NCBI GenBank assembly: GCA_951406725.2
Contig: OX597817.1
Coordinates: 12,648,001-12,712,000, forward strand
DNA length: 64,000 nucleotides
From: Octopus vulgaris
Lineage: Eukaryota
Direction of reading: 5' to 3'
Below the pieces are notes generated by a model. The model did no database searches and had not been told where the DNA came from. It worked only from the letters and a program-made list of their open reading frames with translations. A program made the translations under genes and the position numbers. The number at the start of each line of letters is the position of its first letter. Positions within the stretch are counted from its first letter, which is position 1. Below, one piece after another: positions 27,163-37,500 of this stretch.

Positions 27163-27566
27163 TATATATTGTTTCCTGTATAAATTAGTATTACTAAGAA
27201 ATATTACCGGTCCCTGGTACGTGGGGGGGGGGCATTAGATAGTTTGCAAAGCGGTGCATTAAACTACATCGTCCCCACCACCATCATTACCTATTGTATT
27301 TACTCCAACCAACAAATGAGCCTTCAAGTGGTGCGATCTACTAGAAATTGCAGCTAAATCTCCATTCAAGCACACGCCAGCCGTCTTAAAAAAAAAAAAA
27401 TAGAAAAATACATTGAGTAATGCCGTCCTGTATACACTTCTAATCGAACAAGGATCAAAGGCATATTAATGCCTTTGATCTGTCAGATTTCATCAGGAGC
27501 TTGACAACTGTGGAAGGATAAAAATTGAAGTCAATCCCTCGAGAGATATATATGTATATATATGTA

Positions 27567-27651
<85 letters not shown>

Positions 27652-27674
27652 GTATGTGTGTGTATGTATGTATG

Positions 27675-27705
<31 letters not shown>

Positions 27706-27713
27706 TGTATGTA

Positions 27714-27991
27714 ATTTAGAGAGAAACCTCTATTAAACAATTCACAAGTGAAAGACGTTATTCACACCATATAGAAAAAATAAGTATACTATAAAGATCT
27801 TATTTTAAAAATCAATACAAAACATTAACAATAAACAGTAAATAGAGTTAACAGAAATTCTTCGATAAGATAAGTTACGGTTTTATTTTAAGAAATATTG
27901 TTAAATGTTTTTCGATTATTTATTGTTAAAACACATATTTCTCTATATTTATTTGATAATTATTATTAGTTAAGATACGTACATTTACTCT

Positions 27992-28059
<68 letters not shown>

Positions 28060-28390
28060 TTAGACCTGATAAGTGACTATATTTTTAAATAGAATTAATT
28101 TTAGATCGATTTAATTATAAATTGAATTGATTTTATTATTATTATCGATTTGAAAATATAGCCATGAAACGCGCGTAGTCTATTTACTACTATTTACTAT
28201 TTATTGTTCATGTATCTAATTCATTTTTATAGTATATTTATTTTTTCTATATGGTGTGAATAATATCTTCCACTTGTGAATTGTTTAATAGAGGTTTTTC
28301 TCTAAATTATATACATATATTATATATTGTGACATTTGATTTAGAATTGTTAAATTAAATTTTTCCCTGTAAGTTTGGAATTATATTCCC

Positions 28391-28392
<2 letters not shown>
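27714..28392 (+). mobile_element. AT-rich Penelope-like element remnant with inverted partial terminal repeat and hammerhead motif
   Basis: 27714-27783 is the reverse complement of about 28239-28309; hammerhead-like fold at 28061-28182; 3' end shared with 56965-57060 and 59500-59600. Confidence 0.65.
28061..28182 (+). ncRNA. Type I hammerhead-like ribozyme with long stem II (core variant CUGAUAA)
   Basis: Stem I TAGAC/GTCTA, core CTGATAA, stem II GTGACTATATTTT/AAAATATAGCCAT, GAAA, palindromic stem III ACGCGCGT, cleavage triplet GUA. Confidence 0.7.
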
Positions 28393-28424
<32 letters not shown>

Positions 28425-28948
28425 GAGTGAGAGAGCAGTGCATGCCATCAAAGTGACATTGGGGTAAAATATACGAGGCCCGGTAGACCCATCTTGACTA
28501 CCCGTCTGATAAGGGTACACCAGGCACATGCATCACAACCATATATATGCGACATGGTGATCTCATATCAAGATAAACAGCGCATGACCTTGCAGGTGGG
28601 GCCCAGTTAGAAATTTCTTCTGGTCGAGTAGCACATTCCACTCTAAAAGTCCCTGAATAAGGATTATTTAAGGATGTTGAACGAAACCCCCATGTTTCCA
28701 AAGGTGAATTATCGAAACCTCCAAGAATTCCTTTCAACACATGGCTATGATGCTCCCCCACTACTTCTGCTCGTGATCAGAGATGCACATATCGTCAGCC
28801 ACCAAGGGACATGGTCAACCGGTTAAGGTCAAACAACTGACAAGCAAATTTGTGGTATTGAGCAGAATATTTGCTGTAGCCCATCTTTTATACCAAGATA
28901 ATTCAATGTACATGATAACACTTCCAATCAGTTAAGATCAGAAGCCAT
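28425..28948. mobile_element. Unclassified non-coding interspersed repeat embedded in (TTA)n
   Basis: Clearly homologous to 48803-49362; both copies are flanked by (TTA)n runs. Confidence 0.8.
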
Positions 28949-28966
28949 CATCATCATTATTATTAT

Positions 28967-29023
<57 letters not shown>

Positions 29024-29170
29024 CAAAGTAAAATTGTAAAGTACCGCACGGGTGAAGATATATAGGAAAGAGGATTTGAAAATGCAGAGGTCTTTTAAAG
29101 ATGTTTATTGACTTGACCGATCTTCTTTTGAAAAATAAAATGAAACCGGTCAAGTCTTTCACACACACAA

Positions 29171-29298
<128 letters not shown>

Positions 29299-29380
29299 CT
29301 AATTAGGATAAAGTCATTTGATGATTTATCAGTGGCCAGCTTACTAAAAATACCATAATGGTTAATCCATATTAAAATCA

Positions 29381-29571
29381 TAATAAGGGTGTTGAATGAT
29401 TTCAACATCAGTCTGCTAGAAATAGACCCCAAATGGTCTATGAACTACTTAGATTATTACTCCACTGCACGATTATTACTCGTGTAGTGGAGTAATAATC
29501 TAAGTGGTTCATAAACCATTTGGGGTCTATTTCTAGCAGACTGGTGTTCAAATCATTCAGCACCCTTATTA
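29381..29571. repeat. Long inverted repeat, 92-bp arms with a 7-nt loop
   Basis: Arms 29381-29472 and 29480-29571 differ at 6 positions. Confidence 0.92.
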
Positions 29572-29589
29572 TAATTTACATGTGTCTGA

Positions 29590-29663
<74 letters not shown>

Positions 29664-29771
29664 TGAATTGATTGATAACCGGTGACGCGTGACTATTCTG
29701 TAAATAATAATATTCTATAAGCTTCTAGCTTATAAACAATCACCGTGTATTGACTAAAGAAAATACTATAA

Positions 29772-29880
29772 TATTGGGGCATATAAGACCCTCGACGGAA
29801 AAAGTGAATTTTCTTTTGAGTTCGAGTCCCATGAGTACGCAAAACCCGTTTTTTCCATCGAGGGGTTATATGTCCCAATA
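29772..29880. mobile_element. Small MITE-like inverted-repeat element
   Basis: TATTGGGGCATATAAGACCCTCGACGGAAAAA / TTTTTCCATCGAGGGGTTATATGTCCCAATA. Confidence 0.6.
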
Positions 29881-30308
29881 TTTATGGTGATCGCTTATAA
29901 AATATTATTGGATTGTCCGGAAAGTTCGTGCCGATTTATAGTAGCTTACCTTTCGACTTATTTTAGAACATAGTTGAGTCCATAAAATAGGATTTGACTA
30001 CAGCTCCATTTAGAGCACAGTTTAAGCTATCTTTTCGTGGAAGAAGGTTTATGTTCGTATAACCTGTGTTAATTCTGTAACCCTTTAAATTGGTAGATAA
30101 GAAAGTTTATTTTCGGCACTTGATGCTTTTCTTTTTCTGTAAAGGGAAAAATGCCTCACAAGCAACCAAAGAAATATGCGCAGTTTACGGTGGTGTTTCT
30201 TTATCCAGAAGAACTGTACGGAAATGGTTCGTAAGGTTCCGAGCTGGAGATTTTAGCCTTATTGATAAAGAGCGATCAGGCAGACTATCCACTACAGGTG
30301 ATGACCAA

Positions 30309-31015
30309 GGAAGGAATTACAACCGTGTTTTGTGGTCTGCTACCACAACAGCTCCTTTATAGGATCCAGTTAGCTCAAGACATCATCAGGAGGAACCACG
30401 TCCGGTTTCGGCCCCTACTCCTCTACCGTTTTGACGTGGTGCCCCGCCATCCCTTTCGGAGGTGTCTTCAGCTCTGGTGTTGGGCGCATGTCTTCTTTCT
30501 TCTGTTCCCTGGCCTCTTCGATGTATCGTCAGCGAGTGTCAGCCGGTGACTGACTGATTGACTAGTCAAATTTTTCCCTTTAAATACCTGCCTCTAGGCT
30601 CCAGCAGGCAGCCCCAGCAAGTTGTCACGTGACGCTGTCTCACCTCAACTGACTAGTGAAGGCGTGTAGTTTTAGCCCGCGCTTTTTCTAAACGACCGTC
30701 ACCTGTCAGTCAGCGAAGCTGATTCAGTGTCAGCTTGTCTCACCTAATGATGTTATTTCCCGCCGGCATGTTTTGACTTTCAAGCCATTTTCGGTCTTCC
30801 CGCTTCAGCCATAAATAGAAGCTGGCTTTTTCGACCGCCTCCTGTATTCTCCTTATTAGTTTTCGCAGCTCGGGGCTAGAAAAAGCAAATCTTCTTTTGA
30901 AAAGCGTTGTCATTTTCCTATCAATGAAGCTTCTAGCCCCCACTGACAGGTGATAATATTCGACATTCCATCCCTGTTCTCTGCATTCTTCGATTAGCTT
31001 TCCGTACCTCTTCTC
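30309..31015 (-). mobile_element. 5'-truncated RLE-type non-LTR retrotransposon (HERO-like): ORF end plus 3' UTR
   Basis: KRYGKLIEECREQGWNVEYYHLSVGARSF...IQEAVEKASFYLWLKREDRKW resembles the restriction-like endonuclease C-terminus of HERO elements; it splits the mariner ORF between DDQ and LIENNP. Confidence 0.8.
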
Positions 31016-31744
31016 ATTAATTGAGAATAATCCACATTGCACAGCCCGAGAATTGGCAGAAAGCCTCAACCCATCAAAATCCGTCGTTCATGAGCACCTG
31101 GTAAAGCTTGGGTACACAAATTGCTACGATGTTTGGGTACCACATGAGTTGAGTGAGAAGAGCCTTTTGGATCGCATTTCCATCTGTGATTCGCTTTATA
31201 AACGGAATGAAAATGCACATTTTTTAAAGTAAATTGTGAGAAATGGATTATCTACCGAAATGTTCTGAGAAAGCGATCCTGGAGTAAGTGACATGTGCCA
31301 CCCTTAGCCACCCCAAAAGTGGGTCTTCACCCTAAAAAATGTCTTGCTTTGTGTCTGGGGTGGGATTGGAAAGGAATTCTGTACTATGAGCTTCTCCCAA
31401 GTAACCAGACAATTAATTCTGAGAAATACTGCACACAACTTGACGAGTTAAAAGCAGCAATTCCAGAGAAACGTCCAGAATTGGACAACAGGAAGGGTGT
31501 TGTTTTCCAACATGATAATGCAAGACCGCACGTTTCTTTGGGAAGCAGACAAAAATTGCTGCAGCTCGGCTGGGATGTGTTACTCCACCCTCCATATTCA
31601 CCAGATATTGCTCCTTCGGATTTCCACTTATTCGGGTCTCTGCAGAATAGTTCTAAAGTGTAAAAATTTAAATTCCTTGGATGACGTAAAAAGATACCTT
31701 GATGAATTCTTTGCCATGAAACCACCTCAATTCTGGGAAGAGGG

Positions 31745-31896
31745 GTTCAAATTCCGCCGAGGTCGACTTTGCCTTTCATCCTTTCGGGGTCGATAAATTA
31801 AGTACCAGTTACGCACTGGGGTCGATGTAATCGACTGAATACCTATGTCTGTCCTTGTTTGTCCCCTCTATGTTTAGCCCCTTGTAAAGAAATAGG
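31745..31896 (+). mobile_element. Truncated SINE C body inserted in the mariner
   Basis: GTTCAAATTCCGCCGAGGTCGAC...AAAGAAATAG inserted between mariner FWEEG and IFRLKE codons. Confidence 0.85.
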
Positions 31897-32235
31897 TATT
31901 TTCAGGTTAAAGGAAAGATAGAGACGCATTGTGCAACAAAATGGTTCATATTTCGTTCATTAGAAATGTAATGGCAAGTATTTATTGACCTTTTTCTTTC
32001 CTTTAAAAATCGGCATGAACTTTCCGGACAACCCAATAATGTATATCCATGCGTACATACATACAAACACACACACACATCGTGTACAACTGTAAACAAC
32101 TATCGATAGCGAAATCTTTTTCACTTTCACACAACACACACACTATGAGTGATAAAGTAGGTTCCACTGTCTTCTCCACTTGCCTTCCTTTGTGTGATAC
32201 TAGTTTCTCTTCTACTTCATTCATTCTTTCTGTAT

Positions 32236-32645
32236 ACTCTTTACTCTTTTACTTGTTTCAGTCATTTGACTGCGGCCATGCTGGAGCACCGCCTTTAGTC
32301 GAGCAAATCGACCCCGGGACTTATTCTTTTTGTAAGCCCAGTACTTATTCTCTCGGTCTCTTTTTGCCGAACCGCTAAGTGACGGGGACGTAAACACACC
32401 AGCATCGGTTGTCAAGCAATGCTAGGGGTACAAACACAGACACACAAACACACACATACATATATATATATATACATATATACGACAGGCTTCTTTCAGT
32501 TTCCGTCTACCAAATCCACTCACAAGGCATTGGCCGGCCCGGGGCTATAGTAGAAGACACTTGCCCAAGATGCCACGCAGTGGGACTGAACCCGGAACCA
32601 TGTGGTTGGTTAGCAAGCTACTTACCACACAGCCACTCCTGCGCT
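32236..32645 (-). mobile_element. SINE family A
   Basis: Full-length consensus match. Confidence 0.9.
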
Positions 32646-33343
32646 TATATATATCTATATTTCAATTAATTTTTACAAGTCTCTTAAAAACATTTATCCC
32701 ATTCACTTGCAACTCGTATTACTCGCCTTCCCTTCAACTCTCTCTCTCCCTCCCCTCCTTTATCACCCTCTCTGTCCTTTCTCTCTCTCTCTCTCTTTCT
32801 CCAACAACTACTGAACGCGTGTCTCTTATATTACACACACGCCTTTTTGCCCTCTTGTTCGCCACTTGTATTTTCTCTTTTCACTGAGTAACAGCACCAG
32901 CTTCACTGCATCCGCACAACTAGACGAACCAATTGTTGTTTAATCGAAGAAGCGAGCAGGCGTACAAAGTAATGTATAAAGTTAATTTCGACATAAATTA
33001 CACGACTCTCTTTACAAAATATCTTCTAATCTATACGCTAACTTTTATTTAAAACACAGTTTAAAGTTATTTCACCTGACTTTGCCAGAGTAATGCACTT
33101 GTTTTGATAAATTCGTTTTTATTTTCTGTTGTTGCTTTTTCTTTCTTCCTTCCTTCCTTGGCATTCTGTATTCATTATATTAAAATTATCGTACATTCGA
33201 TACGAGTATCATAAATGTCAAGCGATAGACAAAAGCTGTAGTGGAACAGTAGAACTACACACACACACACACACACCGAGGAAAAATATTTTCCATGTTA
33301 ATTCAAGTAACAAGGAAATGAGGGGCTTCCGAACGAATTTGAC

Positions 33344-33758
33344 GGTGCTACTAGCGAACAGTGGTCCCGGTGCGCGCGCACGCGTAGTCGCGCATCCGCA
33401 CTAGCTAGTCGTGACTAATCGATCCTAGAACGACTAGCTAGCAAAGTAAATAAAACACAAAATAAATAATTTTTATTTTACACAAAGTAAATAATTTTTG
33501 TTAAACAAAGTAAATAACAGCTAGCGGTTCGGCAAAAAAAGACCAATAGAATAAGTACTGGGCTTACAAAGAATAAGTCCCGGGGTCGATTTGCTCGACT
33601 AAAGGCGGTGCTCCAGCATGGCCGCTGTCAAATGACTGAAACAAGTAAAAGAGTAAAAGAGTAACACAAAAACACAAAGTAAGGATCGACTAGTCATGAC
33701 TAGCTAGTGCGGATGCGCGACTATACACGTGCGCGCTCCACTGTTAGCTAGTAGTACC
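33344..33758. mobile_element. MITE with long CpG-rich TIRs (about 80 bp) and a nested SINE A 3' fragment (33522-33662)
   Basis: GGTGCTACTAGCGAACAGTGG...TAGTCGCGCATCCGCACTAGCTAGTC and its reverse complement at 33682-33758; flanks GAATTTGAC / GAATTTTGAC. Confidence 0.82.
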
Positions 33759-33937
33759 GAATTTTGACAAGACGTGAATGCAATCTTTTTATTTATTTTA
33801 CACGTAAACTCCACTCGAACCCACAAGCACGTGCATACATATAATTTGCTTACATATCCTGTCTAAAGAAAAATCTTCGGTTTTTACTGCTTGTCTAGGC
33901 CAACATTAGTAAAATTATGTAGTATTTACTGAGTATA

Positions 33938-34350
33938 GGCGCAGAAATGGCTGTGTGGTAAGTAGCTTGCTAACCAACCACATGGTTCCGGGTTCAGTCC
34001 CACTGCATGGCATCTTGGGCAAGTGTCTTCTGCTATGGCCCCGGGCCGACCAATGCCTTGTGAGTGGATTTGGTAGACGGAAACTGAAAGAAGCCCGTCG
34101 TATATATTTATATATATATATGTATGTGTGTATGTTTGTGTGTCTGTGTTTGTCCCCCTAGCATTGCTTGACAACCGATGCTGGTGTGTTTGCGTCCCCT
34201 GTAACTTAGCGGTTCGGCAAAAGAGACGACCGATAGAATAAGTACTGGGCTTACAAAGAATAAGTCCCGGGGTCGATATGTAGGGTCGACTAAAGGCGGT
34301 GCTCCAACATGGCCGCAGTCAAATGACTGAAACAAGTATAAAAATAAAAG
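33938..34350 (+). mobile_element. SINE family A
   Basis: Full-length consensus match. Confidence 0.9.
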
Positions 34351-34515
34351 AAAGTGTTTATTACAAGTGTTGAGTGAATTTGATCGACGGAAACAATTTC
34401 GAAGCTGGTCGTATTTAATCACGCACCTACGTCTTTATTACTGTTTACCGGTTTTGTTGTTGTTAAGTAACACCGGGGCTAATGCTGTTTCGCACCTCTC
34501 CTTTAAGTCGGGCAA

Positions 34516-37500
34516 AACTGCATTAGCCCCTTAAATAGGGACGTAACACCCTAAACACCCTTAAAATATATTTTTTTTTCGGTCGATTTGATCACCTTAA
34601 CCCTTTATGCTAGAGCACTGCAACAGATGTACCCTTCCCACTAGCACCGACTATTTCTATTCCTAAGTTTCAGTAATTGCATTACTATTTCTAAGTTTCA
34701 GTAATTCGCATTTTGTTGTGATAAACTGCATTAGCCCCTTAACTGTAACACCCTTAAAATATATATTTGTAGATCGATTTGATCACCTTAACCCTTTAAG
34801 CTAGGGCACAGCAACAGATGTACCCTTCCCTCTAGCACCGACTATTTCTATTTCTAAGTTTCAGTAATTCGCATTTTGTTGTGATAAACTGCATTAGCCC
34901 CTTAACTGTAACACCCTTAAAATATATATTTGTAGATCGATTTGATCACCTTAACCCTTTAAGCTAGGGCACAGCAACAGATGTACCCTTCCCTCTAGCA
35001 CCGACTATTTCTATTTCTAAGTTTCAGTAATTCGCATTTTGTTGTGATAAACTGCATTAGCCCCTTCACTGTAACACCCTTAAAATATATATTTGTAGGT
35101 CGATTTGATCACCTGAACCCTTTAAGCTAGAGTACAGCAACAGATGTACGCTTCCCACTAGCACCGACTATTTCTATTTCTAAGTTTCAGTAATTCGCAT
35201 TTTGTTGTGTTGTGATAAACTGCATTAGCCCCTTAACTGTAACACCCTTAAAATATATATTTGTAGGTCGATTGATCACCTTAACCCTTTAAGCTAGAGC
35301 ACAGCAACAGATGTACCCTTCCCTCTAGCACCGACTATTTCTATTTCTAAGTTTCAGTAATTCACATTTCTATTTCTAAGTTTCAGTAATTCGCATTTTG
35401 TTGTGATAAACTGCATTAGCCCCTTAACTGTAACACCCTTAAAATATATATTTGTAGGTCGATTTGATCACCTTAACCCTTTAAACTAGAGCACAGCAAC
35501 AGATGTACCCTTCCCACTAGCACCGACTATTTCTATTTCTAAGTTTCAGTAATTCGCATTTTGTTGTGATAAACTGCATTAGCCCCTTAACTGTAACACC
35601 CTCAAAATGTATATTTGTAGGTCGATTTGATCACCTTAACCCTTTAAGCTAGAGCACTGCAACAGATGTACCCTTCCCACTAACACCGACTATTTCTATT
35701 TCTAAGTTTCAGTAATTCGCATTTTGTTGTGATAAACTGCATTAGCCCCTTAACTATAACACCCTTAAAATATATATTTCTAGGTCGATTTGATCACCTT
35801 AACCCTTTAAGCTAGAGCACAGCAACAGATGTACCCTTCCCACTAGCACCGACTATTTCTATTTCTAAGTTTCAGTAATTCGCATTTTGTTGTGATAAAC
35901 TGCATTAACCCTTAACTGTAACACCCTTAAAATATATATTTGTAGGTCGATTTGATCACCTTAACCCTTTAAGCTAGAGCACAGCAACAGATGTGCCCTT
36001 CCCACTAGCACCGACTATTTCTATTTCTAAGTTTCAGTAATTCGCATTTTGTTGTGTTGTGATAAACTGCATTAGCCCCTTAACTGTAACACCCTTAAAA
36101 TATATATTTGTAGGTCGATTTGATCACCTGAACCCTTTAAGCTAGAGTCCAGCAACAGATGTACCCTTCCCACTAGCACCGACTATTTCTATTTCTAAGT
36201 TTCAGTAATTCGCATTTTGTTGTGTTGTGATATACTGCATTAGCCCCTTAACTGTAACACCCTTAAAATATATATTTGTAGGTCGATTGATCACCTTAAC
36301 CCTTTAAGCTAGAGCACAGCAACAGATGTACCCTTCCCTCTAGCACCGACTATTTCTATTCCTAAGTTTCAGTAATTCGCATTTCTATTTCTAAGTTTCA
36401 GTAATTCGCATTTTGTTGTGATAAACTGCATTAGCCCCTTAACTGTAACACCCTTAAAATATATATTTGTAGGTCGATTTGATCACCTTAACCCTTTAAG
36501 CTAGAGCACAGCAACAGATGTACCCTTCCCACTAGCACCGACTATTTCTATTTCTAAGTTTCAGTAATTCGCATTTTGTTGTGATAAACTGCATTAGCCC
36601 CTTAACTGTAACACCCTTAAAATATATATTTGTAGGTCGATTTGATCACCTTAACCCTTTAAGCTAGAGCACAGCAACAGATGTTCCCTTCCCACTAGCA
36701 CCGACTATTTCTATTTCTAAGTTTCAGTAATTCGCATTTTGTTGTGATAAACTGCATTAGCCCATTAACTGTAACACCCTCAAAATGTATATTTGTAGGT
36801 CGATTTGATCACCTTAACCCTTTAAGCTAAAGCACTGCAACAGATGTACCCTTCCCACTAGCACCGACTATTTCTATTTCTAAGTTTCAGTAATTCGCAT
36901 TTTGTTGTGATATACTGCATTAGCCCCTTAACTGTAACACCCTCAAAATGTATATTTGTAGGTCGATTTGATCACCTTAACCCTTTAAGCTAGAGTCCAG
37001 CAACAGATGTACCCTTCCCACTAGCACCGACTATTTCTATTTCTAAGTTTCAGTAATTCGCATTTTGTTGTGTTGTGATAAACTGCATTAGCCCCTTCAC
37101 TGTAACACCCTTAAAATATATATTTGTAGGTCGATTTGATCACCTGAACCCTTTAAGCTAGAGTACAGCAACAGATGTACGCTTCCCACTAGCACCGACT
37201 ATTTCTATTTCTAAGTTTCAGTAATTCGCATTTTGTTGTGTTGTGATAAACTGCATTAACCCTTAACTGTAACACCCTTAAAATATATATTTGTAGGTCG
37301 ATTTGATCACCTTAACCCTTTAAGCTAGAGCACAGCAACAGATGTGCCCTTCCCACTAGCACCGACTATTTCTATTTCTAAGTTTCAGTAATTCGCATTT
37401 TGTTGTGTTGTGATAAACTGCATTAGCCCCTTCACTGTAACACCCTTAAAATATATATTTGTAGGTCGATTGATCACCTTAACCCTTTAAGCTAGAGCAC

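Larger units (their letters stand above)
29908..32036 (+). mobile_element. Full-length inactive mariner (DD34D) transposon with two nested insertions
   Basis: TA TSD; TIRs TTGGATTGTCCGGAAAGTTCGTGCCGATTT / AAATCGGCATGAACTTTCCGGACAACCCAA; transposase motifs: HTH (ICAVYG..VRKWF), WVPHEL, HDNARPH, HPPYSPDIAPSDFHLF; stops and frameshifts. Confidence 0.95.
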
